The translations under genes and the position numbers were made by a program. A stretch of DNA of 64,000 bases, taken from Candidatus Woesebacteria bacterium. GTDB taxonomy: Bacteria; Patescibacteriota; Microgenomatia; UBA1400; MFAQ01. The DNA lies in NCBI GenBank assembly GCA_035389185.1, contig DAOORK010000001.1, forward strand, positions 631,415 to 695,414. Direction: 5' to 3'. Shown piece by piece: positions 18,742 through 28,128 of the stretch. The first letter of the stretch is position 1. The number at the start of each line of letters is the position of its first letter. Under the pieces are notes generated by a model. It had not been told where the DNA came from. It ran no database searches and saw only the letters and a program-made list of their open reading frames with translations.

Positions 18742-19959
18742 ATGGCAAATAAGAATCTATCAAAAGCAAAAAACGCAAAGAACGATGAGTTTTATACTCA
18801 ATTTCTCGATATTCAAAAAGAAATTGAGGCGTATCTGGAGTATGACCCTAACACTTTCCGTAGCAAAGTGGTTTATAGCAATTGTGACGATCCGTTTGAA
18901 AGCAATTTTTTCAGATACTTTGTACTTAATTTCAATAAACTTGGGTTAAAACAGCTTATTACCACAAGTTATAAACCATCGCCGGTAGCCAATACGCAAC
19001 TACTGCTGTTTGGTGATGATATAACGCTTGCAAAATCTAAAGGACGTCCGAAAATAACGGCTAACAAATTTATTATCAACGAAGTTCGTGACCTAGATGG
19101 TGATGGTGAGTTTAATCTTAAGGATGTTGCTACCCAACTTAAATCAAATAAACACAACGAGTGGTGTCCTTTAGAGGGAGACGGTGACTTTCGTAGTGAT
19201 GAGTGTATAGAACTCCTAAAGCAATCGGACATTGTGGTAACCAATCCTCCATTTAGTCTCTTCCGAGAGTATGTTAGACAACTTGTGGACTACGACAAGA
19301 AATTTGTTGTTATTGGCAATATGAACGCAATTACTTATAAGGAAATTTTCCCACTAATTAAAACAAACAAATTGTGGCTGGGAGCAACCGGAAATGGTAG
19401 TGATATGGTTTTTGCAGTGCCAAATGGTACTGAAATAGCGGAGTCTGATAGGCAGAAGGCGGCCAGACTGGGGTATGTTGGGAATTATACGAGACTTGGC
19501 AATTCTTGCTGGTTCACAAACCTTGATCATGGGAGACGTCATAAACCGCTGCCATTAATGAAGGAAGCTGATGTAATAAAATTCAGCACAAAGAAGCCGT
19601 TTGAAAAATATGACAACTACGATGCAATTGAAGTTTCAATGGTTAAAAATATCCCCAGTGATTATGGTGGTGTTATGGGTGTGCCTATTAGTTTTCTGGA
19701 TAAATATAATCCTGATCAATTTGTGATTTTAGGAGCGACACAGAGAGGCTGTCACGACGAGGTTCCTGATACGAAAAAATACGATGATTATTGGGAAGTT
19801 AGACAAAACGGCGAAAGAACAGGATCATCTGGAGGAAAAACGAATGAAAACGCAAATTTGGTGGGTAACGATGGTAAGAAGAACTATTTTATAAATAATG
19901 AGGGTCGTATAATTCAGTCAGCCTATCAAAGAATCTTTATAAGGCGCAAAAATAAATAA
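18742..19959 (+). CDS. Adenine-specific methyltransferase, EcoRI family
   Basis: [35 protein letters not shown] and [13 protein letters not shown] motifs. Confidence 0.9.
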   Translation: MANKNLSKAKNAKNDEFYTQFLDIQKEIEAYLEYDPNTFRSKVVYSNCDDPFESNFFRYFVLNFNKLGLKQLITTSYKPSPVANTQLLLFGDDITLAKSKGRPKITANKFIINEVRDLDGDGEFNLKDVATQLKSNKHNEWCPLEGDGDFRSDECIELLKQSDIVVTNPPFSLFREYVRQLVDYDKKFVVIGNMNAITYKEIFPLIKTNKLWLGATGNGSDMVFAVPNGTEIAESDRQKAARLGYVGNYTRLGNSCWFTNLDHGRRHKPLPLMKEADVIKFSTKKPFEKYDNYDAIEVSMVKNIPSDYGGVMGVPISFLDKYNPDQFVILGATQRGCHDEVPDTKKYDDYWEVRQNGERTGSSGGKTNENANLVGNDGKKNYFINNEGRIIQSAYQRIFIRRKNK

Positions 19960-19960
19960 T

Positions 19961-21130
19961 ATGCATACAACATTAAGGACTACTATTTCTGTAAAAGATA
20001 TATGTGATGGTTTTGTATACAACGAATTGGAAGGTAAAGGACTGTTCGGTTTATCTGGCAATCTGACTATCCAACCCGAATATCAACGAAATTATATTTA
20101 CGCTTCAGATGGTGGAAAAAGAGAGATAGCGGTCATTGATTCTATACTTAGAGATTATCCTATTGGCTTAATTTATTTTAATAAACTTTCCGACGATAAG
20201 TTAGAGGTTTTAGATGGTCAACAGCGTATCACTAGTATTGGACGTTTTGTCACAGATAAATTTGCAATTAAAGACGAGAATGGAATGGAACAGTATTTCA
20301 GCGGCTTGGCAAGTGATAAGAAAACCAAGATATTAGAGACAAAACTGCTGATCTATGAATGTGAAGGAGCAGAAAGTGAGATAAAAGAATGGTTCAAAAC
20401 AATCAACATTGCCGGTGTTCCGCTTAATGATCAAGAATTATTGAACGCGGTTTATTCTGGGCGTTTTGTAACTATGGCTAAAGAGGAGTTTAGTAATAGT
20501 CAAAATGCTAACATCCATAAATGGAGTGCTTACATAAAGGGGAGTGTTAACAGACAAGAGTTTTTGGAGCGAGCTCTTGAATGGGTGAGTAGGGGAAAGA
20601 TTGGTGATTATATGAGTCTTCATCGTAATGATGGTGACATTGATGAGCTAAAAACCTACTTTAATACTGTAATTGACTGGGTATCGAGTGTCTTTGTAGA
20701 TGTCGAGAGTGAAATGAGTGGATTAGAGTGGGGAAGAATGTACGAGCAATATCGTGAAAATACCTATAACCCCATCAAAATATCAGAAGATGTACATAGA
20801 CTTTACGGAGACCCTTATGTAAAAAATCGTAAAGGAATTTTTGAATATATACTTGGTCGTTCTAAAAACGCGAGATTGCTGGATGTCAGGGTTTTTGATG
20901 AAGTAACTAAGAAGTCGGTTTATACAAGACAGACTGATTTGGCAAGATCTAAGGGTGAATCGAACTGTCCCCTTTGTGCAATTGGTCATGACGCTGCTAA
21001 GTCTAAAGTTTGGGAGTTTGGAGAGATGGACGCTGACCATGTAGCAGCGTGGAGCAAGGGCGGGGCAACTAACCCCAGTAACTGCCAGATGCTCTGCAAA
21101 ACGCACAATCGAGCAAAAGGAAATCGATAA
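19961..21130 (+). CDS. DUF262 (GmrS/ParB-like) plus HNH nuclease protein
   Basis: QPEYQR, DGQQR, FKTIN..G; C-terminal CPLC...[19 protein letters not shown]. Confidence 0.9.
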   Translation: MHTTLRTTISVKDICDGFVYNELEGKGLFGLSGNLTIQPEYQRNYIYASDGGKREIAVIDSILRDYPIGLIYFNKLSDDKLEVLDGQQRITSIGRFVTDKFAIKDENGMEQYFSGLASDKKTKILETKLLIYECEGAESEIKEWFKTINIAGVPLNDQELLNAVYSGRFVTMAKEEFSNSQNANIHKWSAYIKGSVNRQEFLERALEWVSRGKIGDYMSLHRNDGDIDELKTYFNTVIDWVSSVFVDVESEMSGLEWGRMYEQYRENTYNPIKISEDVHRLYGDPYVKNRKGIFEYILGRSKNARLLDVRVFDEVTKKSVYTRQTDLARSKGESNCPLCAIGHDAAKSKVWEFGEMDADHVAAWSKGGATNPSNCQMLCKTHNRAKGNR

Positions 21131-21138
21131 TGTATCTT

Positions 21139-21195
21139 TTAGTTGTGTATCGGGGTATCAACAGAGTTCCTTATTTGGTCTAGTACGGGGAGCAT
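21139..21195 (-). other. Attachment-like junction 3 / orphan recombinase-tail frame (MLPVLDQIRNSVDTPIHN*)
   Basis: Homologous to junction 2 in DNA and in frame; marks the right end of the island. Confidence 0.6.
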
Positions 21196-21213
21196 TTTTG
21201 TATACTTAATATT

Positions 21214-21519
21214 ATGTCCAAAAATCCTTTGATAAATGCGCTAAGCGCTTCAGCCTATATTATCCTTGTTGTCACTGTAATGACTTTTGTGACGCAACCC
21301 TTAAAAAACAAACCAGATACTTTTTTTGCTCCGATCACAATGTTATTTGTATTGACCCTTTCTGTTGCTGTAATGGCATACTTGTTTTTTTATCAACCAC
21401 TTCTACTTTTTATTGAAGGAAAGAAAAAAGATGCAGTAAATCTATTTGTGAAGACAGTAGGAATCTTCGCCGTTTTTACAACTGTAGTTTTGATATTACT
21501 TTTTTCGGGTTTGATTTAG
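21214..21519 (+). CDS. Small membrane protein
   Basis: Three TM segments; TATACT 7 nt before the ATG. Confidence 0.7.
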   Translation: MSKNPLINALSASAYIILVVTVMTFVTQPLKNKPDTFFAPITMLFVLTLSVAVMAYLFFYQPLLLFIEGKKKDAVNLFVKTVGIFAVFTTVVLILLFSGLI

Positions 21520-21580
21520 GTTTTAGTTATTTATAATAGTGACTTTGTAAAGTAAATTACTTTTGTGTTAGGATGGTTTT

Positions 21581-22231
21581 ATGTTTAACAAGATAATCGT
21601 TGGATTTTTCTTTACGATATTGTTGTCAGGATGTAGTCTGCAGGAAACTGGTTCCCCAAATGTTGCAAATCAAAACGGGGAAAATGTAGATAAACAGGGA
21701 CAAGGGAGCGTTGGAAAATGTAAACAAGAGGCGGTGGCAATTGAAGGTTATGGAGATAAGGGAAAGAGATTGAGTAATTGTTTTGTGGAATATCCTGGAG
21801 AGCCGTCAAGACAGGATAAAAGTTATTATGTTTTAGAAGATGTCTGCGGACAGTTTACCAAGGAGTTTATTCAAAATGCTTTAGGAAAACCGATATTAAG
21901 GATTCAACCTCCTGAACATGACAGCCTGTTTAACTGTAGGTATTATTTTGATGATAAAGATAATCATGTGCTATTGGTATTTGAGTATTTGAAAATAGAA
22001 AACCAAAAAAAGGGTCAGGAAGAAATGGGTAGAAGAACGGAAGTGAGCGACAAAATTCCCATGAGAAATATGCTGGTGTGGCAACCAAATGGTTTGCTAA
22101 ACAATATTTATTTGGTACTAGGAGATGAGAAGTTTATCAGCATTGACCGATCTTCCGGATCCGGATTGACACCAGATGAGCTAATTAATTTTGCGGCAAA
22201 TATTGCAAAAGAGATTAAAGATTATAAATAA
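21581..22231 (+). CDS. Putative lipoprotein
   Basis: Signal peptide with LSGC lipobox; several Cys. Confidence 0.7.
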   Translation: MFNKIIVGFFFTILLSGCSLQETGSPNVANQNGENVDKQGQGSVGKCKQEAVAIEGYGDKGKRLSNCFVEYPGEPSRQDKSYYVLEDVCGQFTKEFIQNALGKPILRIQPPEHDSLFNCRYYFDDKDNHVLLVFEYLKIENQKKGQEEMGRRTEVSDKIPMRNMLVWQPNGLLNNIYLVLGDEKFISIDRSSGSGLTPDELINFAANIAKEIKDYK

Positions 22232-22245
22232 ATAAAGGAAATAAT

Positions 22246-22572
22246 ATGCAACCGGAAAAAATAATAGTTTTTGGACCAATAATTGTCTTTTTTGCCATTT
22301 TTGGTTTGATTGTGTTGGGTTTTGTTTTATTTATTGTCAAGATAATTAGGAAAACCAAAAACACTTACTGGAAGGGGAAGATAATTGATAAAAACTATCA
22401 TGAAACTGAGGATATGGAAGACCGAAAGACAGATCATTTTGTTTTGGTAGTTGATGTTGAGGGAAGCCGGGTACGGAATGTGGAGGTAAATAGAGCGCTC
22501 TACGATAGCTGTAAAGTGGGGGATGTATTGGAGAAACCGTTGGGTAAATTGAACCCTGTTAAGGTTAAATGA
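22246..22572 (+). CDS. Hypothetical membrane-anchored protein
   Basis: N-terminal TM plus a small beta-rich domain. Confidence 0.6.
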   Translation: MQPEKIIVFGPIIVFFAIFGLIVLGFVLFIVKIIRKTKNTYWKGKIIDKNYHETEDMEDRKTDHFVLVVDVEGSRVRNVEVNRALYDSCKVGDVLEKPLGKLNPVKVK

Positions 22573-22856
22573 GAGGCTTGATTGGTTATATTTTTGCCCC
22601 CAGACTTAATCGTTTGGTGGTGTGGGGTGGTCTGTTGCTCTTGGTTGGGTTGATTTTGCTACCTATTTTGATTGGATTTCCTTTGCTGGTGGTTGGGAGT
22701 TGTTTGTTTACTGTGGGAGCAATGATCTCTGTGGTTGAGCGTTTTCCGGGAGGTAAAAAGATGGTTGGGTATTACAAGGAGATGTTTGTGCGGATGGGGA
22801 AGTTTTTAAAGATATTGATTAAGAAAGCCGTGGAATATATTGAGAGCGTGATTTGA
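22569..22856 (+). CDS. Small membrane protein
   Basis: ATGA overlap with the upstream gene; hydrophobic. Confidence 0.55.
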   Translation: MRGLIGYIFAPRLNRLVVWGGLLLLVGLILLPILIGFPLLVVGSCLFTVGAMISVVERFPGGKKMVGYYKEMFVRMGKFLKILIKKAVEYIESVI

Positions 22857-22918
22857 TGAAGTATGTTGGCTGAAAGATCTGTGATATCATTCGGGTAAGT
22901 TCTTTGAAAGGAGACCGA

Positions 22919-23233
22919 ATGAAAATAATTGCAGAGTACGCAATTATCCCAATGGGTACAGAGGTGAGCGTATCCAGGTATGTGAAGGAGTGTGAAAGGA
23001 TCATCTCGAGCATGGGGATAAAACACATGGTACATGCAAACGGAACTAACCTTGAGGGTGATTTTTGGTTGGTGATGGCGATAGTTTTCATTTGTACACT
23101 TCGAGTTCATGCGATGGGCGTTCCGAGGATGAAAACGCTTCTGTCTTTTGGAACGAGGACGGATCGGGATCAAACAATGGAAGAAAAGGTGAAGAGTGTA
23201 ATGGGGGATGAAAAGGATAATACCGAGGGATGA
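22919..23233 (+). CDS. MTH1187/YkoF-family thiamine-binding protein
   Basis: IIPMGT..SVSRYV......GTNLEGD...RTDRDQTMEEKV pattern. Confidence 0.8.
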   Translation: MKIIAEYAIIPMGTEVSVSRYVKECERIISSMGIKHMVHANGTNLEGDFWLVMAIVFICTLRVHAMGVPRMKTLLSFGTRTDRDQTMEEKVKSVMGDEKDNTEG

Positions 23234-23247
23234 CCTCGGTATTTTTT
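23219..23247 (+). terminator. Intrinsic terminator
   Basis: AATACCGAGG-GATGA-CCTCGGTATT followed by a T-run. Confidence 0.75.
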
Positions 23248-23253
23248 GGGGTC

Positions 23254-23291
23254 TTGACAAGTAATTAGCACTCGTACTATATTAGTGCTAA
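23254..23291 (+). promoter_or_regulatory. Sigma70-type promoter overlapped by a CIRCE (HrcA operator)
   Basis: TTGACA at 23254-59; TTAGCACTC-N9-TAGTGCTAA at 23265-23291 (1 mismatch to CIRCE), upstream of hsp20. Confidence 0.85.
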
Positions 23292-23327
23292 AGTTAGTAA
23301 TTTGGAGAAAGAAAGGGGGTGAGCCAA

Positions 23328-23747
23328 ATGGCTTTTGATCTAGTACCAAGCAGACTTTTTTCGTTTCCTTCGATGCATATGCCTTCGATCTGGGACGATG
23401 AAGATGAGTGGTTGAAACCAGTTTCCTCAAACGGTTTGTCGATCTCAGAAGATGAAAAAAATGTTTATGTTGAAGCATCTTTGCCGGGTATTGACCCTAA
23501 AGATGTGGAGATGACCTTTCAAGATGGATACCTTTGGATAAGAGGTGAAGCCAAAGAAGAAGAAACTGACAAAAAGAAAAAATATTATCGTCAGTCTTCC
23601 AAAGCCTTTTCTTATCGAGTGGCAGTACCAGGAGATGTTGATGAAAAGGTAGAACCAATTGCTTCAAGTAAACACGGAGTAATGACGATAACTTTTTCCA
23701 AGTCTCCAAAGACTCAACCAAAGAAGATTCAGATTAAGATGAAATAA
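23328..23747 (+). CDS. Hsp20/alpha-crystallin small heat-shock protein
   Basis: EASLPGIDPKDVE..LWIRGE..FSYRVAVP...HGVMTITF.K motifs. Confidence 0.9.
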   Translation: MAFDLVPSRLFSFPSMHMPSIWDDEDEWLKPVSSNGLSISEDEKNVYVEASLPGIDPKDVEMTFQDGYLWIRGEAKEEETDKKKKYYRQSSKAFSYRVAVPGDVDEKVEPIASSKHGVMTITFSKSPKTQPKKIQIKMK

Positions 23748-23759
23748 TTTTTGGTGAAT

Positions 23760-23787
23760 AAACTCCGCTCTTCAGGGGCGGAGTTTT
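23760..23787 (+). terminator. Intrinsic terminator after hsp20
   Basis: AAACTCCGCTC-TTCA-GGGGCGGAGTTTT. Confidence 0.75.
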
Positions 23788-23806
23788 GGGTTAAAATGGG
23801 GGACTT

Positions 23807-24613
23807 ATGAAGAAGTGGATTGCGGAAGAGTTGGCGGAAAAAAAGGGAAGAGTAACTCTTGTTCGAGTACTGTTAAGATTTTGGTTGCCTTTTAAAAAAT
23901 ATCCTAATAATGGTGTTTGGAGTTATATATTGCAGGTTGAAGATGGGGTGGTTGTATTTGATGTGGGGGCAGAGAAGGGTGTGAGGATTAAGAAAACAAA
24001 GAATGTGACGAAAGTAATGGAAGTTGTTGAGGAGTATTTTCCGGGTCAAAAAATTAGAGAGATATTGTTGTCTCATTATCATTATGATCATGCCGGAGGT
24101 GCACCACTATTGCAAAAAATGGCAAAGGAAAAATGGGGGTATAAACCGTTGATTAGGATACATAAAAATGATTGCCAAATAAAAAAGATTTGGAAAGTAA
24201 AAAAGTCATCACTGGTAAAATTATTTGAAAAATCGGGAGTGAAGGACTGGGAGATGGGAAGATGGCTAAGAGATGGGGAAAGGATAAGGAATAGTGATTG
24301 GACGATAAAACACACTCCTGGTCATACAAGCGGAACAATAAGTTTGGTTAATGGAAAAGAAAAAATTGTGATTGGCGGTTGGTTGAATGAGGAAATTGAA
24401 AATAGACTGATCGGATGGTTACAGGGAAAGTTTATTGATGAAGATAAGAGTAATTATTGCAATACAAGAAAGGTGGTTAATAGGCTGAAGTGTTTGGGGT
24501 ATCAAAGATACTATCTACACCCGATGATAAAAAAAGGAAGAATAAATCCACCGAGCTCTAAACTTTTTGTAGAGAAATACCGAGACCTCTCTCGCCGGTA
24601 TGGACGGCGATAG
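23807..24613 (+). CDS. Metallo-beta-lactamase-fold hydrolase
   Basis: SHYHYDHAGG and HTPGHT motifs. Confidence 0.8.
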   Translation: MKKWIAEELAEKKGRVTLVRVLLRFWLPFKKYPNNGVWSYILQVEDGVVVFDVGAEKGVRIKKTKNVTKVMEVVEEYFPGQKIREILLSHYHYDHAGGAPLLQKMAKEKWGYKPLIRIHKNDCQIKKIWKVKKSSLVKLFEKSGVKDWEMGRWLRDGERIRNSDWTIKHTPGHTSGTISLVNGKEKIVIGGWLNEEIENRLIGWLQGKFIDEDKSNYCNTRKVVNRLKCLGYQRYYLHPMIKKGRINPPSSKLFVEKYRDLSRRYGRR

Positions 24614-25433
24614 TCGGGCCAGCATCGATGATGAGGATTTCTTTTGAATAAATGCGGGAGAGATTTTCTTTGAGTAAAGCGGCACCTTCGGGAAAGTTGG
24701 TATGAAGAATCGCCAGACGAGTGATATCTTCTTTGGTGTTTTCAACTCTTTTGATAATTTCTCGCTGAACGTGGCCATCAGTACGGACAAGATTTTGAAA
24801 CTTGATCTCTCCATTGACAATACCGGCGAAAGGTCGAAGTTGCAGTTTGGAGCCGAGATATCTGGCGACTTCAGGGAGCCGGCCTCCCTTGACGATGTTT
24901 TCGAAGGTGGAAAGAGAAGTAAAAGTTTCGATTTTGGGAATAGTTTCGAGGGTAATTTTCTTAATATCTTCTAAGGGATAACCTTCTTCGGCAAGGGTGG
25001 CTGCTTGCTGTGCTAGAAACCAAATACCGGCGGAGACCTGTCGGGAGTCAATCACTTCAAGGAGGAGATGAGGATTGTCTACTCGAACAATATTTGAAGC
25101 TAAAACAGCGGATTCCCAAGCGGTGGAGTGCTTGGAGGTGATGTGAATTGAAATAACCGGTTGATTTTCTTTGGCATTTGCTTCGTATAGAGGAACTAGC
25201 CTGCCAGTGATGACTCCTGAAGTTTGAGGTAGTTTGGCATTATTGCGCATTTTTTCGTAGAAGGAAGCAGGAGGAAGATCAGCATTATCTTGATAAGAAA
25301 CCCAGTGATTTTTTTCAAAAAACTTTACGTCTAGAGGAACAATGGAGAGATCGTGTTCGTTGGCCAAAGATGATTCTGGCCTTACGGAACAGCCTGAGTC
25401 AGTAATAACAGTAACTTTATTTTCGATACTCAT
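24558..25433 (-). CDS. DegV-family fatty-acid-binding protein
   Basis: ITDSG, PQTS, IDSRQVSAG, KGGR and HTG..GLGI motifs. Confidence 0.9.
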   Translation of the reverse strand: MSIENKVTVITDSGCSVRPESSLANEHDLSIVPLDVKFFEKNHWVSYQDNADLPPASFYEKMRNNAKLPQTSGVITGRLVPLYEANAKENQPVISIHITSKHSTAWESAVLASNIVRVDNPHLLLEVIDSRQVSAGIWFLAQQAATLAEEGYPLEDIKKITLETIPKIETFTSLSTFENIVKGGRLPEVARYLGSKLQLRPFAGIVNGEIKFQNLVRTDGHVQREIIKRVENTKEDITRLAILHTNFPEGAALLKENLSRIYSKEILIIDAGPTIAVHTGERGLGISLQKV

Positions 25434-25473
25434 GCACTATTAACTTGAGCATATCATATAGAATGGATATTGG

Positions 25474-26970
25474 ATGAATGGTTTACCGTTGATTTTGTCT
25501 GCCTTACCCTTTGGCCTATTTTTATTTGGGCTGTTTTTTAAAAAACTGACTTTGCCAAAAATTTCGATGATCGTGTTGACGGTGGAAACGTTAATCCAGA
25601 TCTTTTATTGGAAGATTGTACCGGTATATTTATTAAACTCTTTGGTGAAAGGTTTCTTCGTAGCCTTTGATATATTTTTGATTGTGTTTGGAGCGGTGTT
25701 CTTTTTGGAAGTATTGAAGAATTTGAGAGTGATTGAGAATATTGGGTTTTATCTGGAGTCTGTGGCGAAGGATTTTCGGGTGCAGACGATTCTTTTGGCA
25801 TGGTTTTTTATTAATTTTATTGAAGGAATGGCGGGGTTTGGAACTCCTGGTGCGGTGGTAGCTCCAATATTAATTAGTTTGGGTTTGTCACCAATGGTAG
25901 CTGTTGTCATTTCGGTCTTAGGAAATAGCAGTGCGGGTGCTTTTGGGGCCGTAGGTACCCCGATAAGAGTAGGTTTTGCGGGTTTGGATACGACTGGTGT
26001 TCCGTGGAATACGGTTTGGCTAAATGCAGTAGGGATTTTGATACCAGTTTTTATGATTTTGGTTTTGGCGAGAGAAGAAAAGGAAAATAGAAGACAGTTC
26101 TTTTTTGAAATTTTACCGTTTGCTTTGTGGTCCGGATTTTTATTTGTTTTAAGTTCTGTTTTAACTGTTGGTTTTGGACAAGAGTTTGTATCGGTGATAG
26201 GATCGTTGGCGGCCATTATTTTGGTGGTTTTGACGACAAAAAAAGGCATATTTGTGCCTAAAAATGTACGAGTGTTGAGGAATAATAGAGCGATAAAAAT
26301 GACTCTACCTTTAAAGAAAGTGTTACTTCCTTACCTATTGGTTTTTGTTTTGTTACTGGTTGGAAAATTAACACTGAAATCAGTAGTGATTCATTTCCCT
26401 TGGGACTACCAGTACTCTTTAAATCTTTTTAATCCGGGAGTAATATTTTTTGTGGCTGGCCTCCCCCTTGTTTTTTTGTGGCATGGTCAGAGTTTTTTCA
26501 AAGCGAGTATGAAAACGGCACTAGTCAGAACGGTCGATCCATTTATTGTGATTTTGGGAATGTCAACAATGACACAGATGATCGTAAATTCGGGAAATAA
26601 TTATTCAGGACTGCCTTCGGTATTGTTTTTGATGGCAGAGAACTTGAGAAAAGATATTTTGCCATTTGTGGCACCATTTATCGGAGCGTTTGGGACAATG
26701 ATTTCCGGAAGTGTGACAATTTCCAATATTTTGTTTGGAAATATTTTGTTTTCGGCAAGTCGTTTGTTTGGAATTGAGAGCGCAAAGATATTATCTTTGG
26801 AAATTTCCGGTGCAGCGATGGGTAATACAATGGCAATTGCGGACATTATGGCGGCCGAAGCAGTAACGGGGATGGAAAACAAGACAAGGAATATTATGGC
26901 TAGAGTTGTGGGGCCTTGTATGGTTTGCCTGTTAATTTTGGGAGTTGTGGGGCTGTTTATTGTCAGGTGA
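25474..26970 (+). CDS. L-lactate permease
   Basis: FIEGMAGFGTP, AFGAVGTP and SGSVTISN motifs; polytopic membrane protein. Confidence 0.85.
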   Translation: MNGLPLILSALPFGLFLFGLFFKKLTLPKISMIVLTVETLIQIFYWKIVPVYLLNSLVKGFFVAFDIFLIVFGAVFFLEVLKNLRVIENIGFYLESVAKDFRVQTILLAWFFINFIEGMAGFGTPGAVVAPILISLGLSPMVAVVISVLGNSSAGAFGAVGTPIRVGFAGLDTTGVPWNTVWLNAVGILIPVFMILVLAREEKENRRQFFFEILPFALWSGFLFVLSSVLTVGFGQEFVSVIGSLAAIILVVLTTKKGIFVPKNVRVLRNNRAIKMTLPLKKVLLPYLLVFVLLLVGKLTLKSVVIHFPWDYQYSLNLFNPGVIFFVAGLPLVFLWHGQSFFKASMKTALVRTVDPFIVILGMSTMTQMIVNSGNNYSGLPSVLFLMAENLRKDILPFVAPFIGAFGTMISGSVTISNILFGNILFSASRLFGIESAKILSLEISGAAMGNTMAIADIMAAEAVTGMENKTRNIMARVVGPCMVCLLILGVVGLFIVR

Positions 26971-26982
26971 TACCATTAAAGT

Positions 26983-27387
26983 ATGGCAATATATTGGGAA
27001 GATAAATTAAGTGTGGGGGTAGAAGTAATTGATACACAGCACAAGAAATTCATCGAACTTTTGAATGAGTTGTCTGAGGCAATTACCTCAATGAAAACTT
27101 CAGAAACGATAGAAAAGATATTAGATGGTCTAGATCAATATGCGGTGTACCACTTTGAAACAGAGGAAAAATATTTTAAAGAGTTTCATTTTGAAGGAGC
27201 TGAAGAACATATCAGAGAGCACAGAAATTTTGTAGAGAAGCTAGGGGAAATAAAAAAAGGTTACAACACAGATCGATTAAAAATGTCGATAAAGCTTGTC
27301 GAGTTTATGACTGATTGGTTGATAAATCATTTAGAGATGATGGATAGAAAATATGTGGAGTGCTTCAGTCAGCACGGTCTTCGATAA
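26983..27387 (+). CDS. Bacteriohemerythrin
   Basis: W...SVGV..ID.QH, HF..EE, H...H, WL..H...D.KY motifs. Confidence 0.95.
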   Translation: MAIYWEDKLSVGVEVIDTQHKKFIELLNELSEAITSMKTSETIEKILDGLDQYAVYHFETEEKYFKEFHFEGAEEHIREHRNFVEKLGEIKKGYNTDRLKMSIKLVEFMTDWLINHLEMMDRKYVECFSQHGLR

Positions 27388-27441
27388 AAATCCTGAGAAC
27401 GATTGAGTCTTGGTATGTAAGATTTGTTATAGTTTATGTAG

Positions 27442-28128
27442 ATGGATGTTGAAATTACGATACAAAATGTATCGCTTGTGGGAGATTGGGAACCAATAGA
27501 TGAAGCAAAAGGTGTAGTGCTTTTTGTACATGAAAGCAAAAATAACCAGCTATATCTGAGGAATACTTATGTGGCAAAAGAGTTGCAAAAGAAAGGGATA
27601 GCAACTTTGTTGTTTGGTTTGTTGACCGAAGAAGAAGACAAAACGAAAGAACTACGGTTTGATATTGATTTATTAACGGAGAGACTAATCGGGGTAACTA
27701 AGTGGTGCATGGAAAGCGAGAAGATTAATGGTATAAAAATTGGATATTTTGGATCAGGTACATGGACGGCAGCGGCCCTTTCTGGGGCGGCATATTGGGG
27801 AACAAAAATCGCAGCGGTAGTCTCTTGGGGAGGAAAACCGAATTTGGTTTTGAACGAACTGGATCTAATAGAGGCGCCAACATTATTGATAACTGGAGGT
27901 GAGGAGAAAGAGATAATCGACTTAAATAGAAAAGCATATATTAAGCTTGGTTGTATAAAAAAGATGGAAATTGTACCGGGGGCGACGCATTTGTTTGAGG
28001 AACCTGGTGCTTTTGAGAAAATAGTTGAGTTAGCGGGAAATTGGTTTGAGAGATGTTTTTTAGCGAATGGCGTTGAGAAGCGAATAGCCACCAATGGCCA
28101 AGAGAAGAGATCCAAGCAGATTGCTTAG
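27442..28128 (+). CDS. Alpha/beta hydrolase (dienelactone-hydrolase-like), divergent active site
   Basis: RFDIDLL..RL, GYFG, GATHLFEEPG. Confidence 0.75.
   Translation: MDVEITIQNVSLVGDWEPIDEAKGVVLFVHESKNNQLYLRNTYVAKELQKKGIATLLFGLLTEEEDKTKELRFDIDLLTERLIGVTKWCMESEKINGIKIGYFGSGTWTAAALSGAAYWGTKIAAVVSWGGKPNLVLNELDLIEAPTLLITGGEEKEIIDLNRKAYIKLGCIKKMEIVPGATHLFEEPGAFEKIVELAGNWFERCFLANGVEKRIATNGQEKRSKQIA

Larger units (their letters stand above)
11025..21193 (-). mobile_element. Integrated LSR element 2 (~10.16 kb defence-cargo island)
   Basis: Bounded by GGGGAGC (11025-31 and 21187-93) with homologous left arms. Contains LSR, HTH, DUF5659-like gene and two methylase-linked defence modules. Confidence 0.7.

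Noticed and set aside
2871-21195. Prophage interpretation of the island
   Set aside because: No capsid, terminase, portal, tail, lysis or Zot-like genes recognised.
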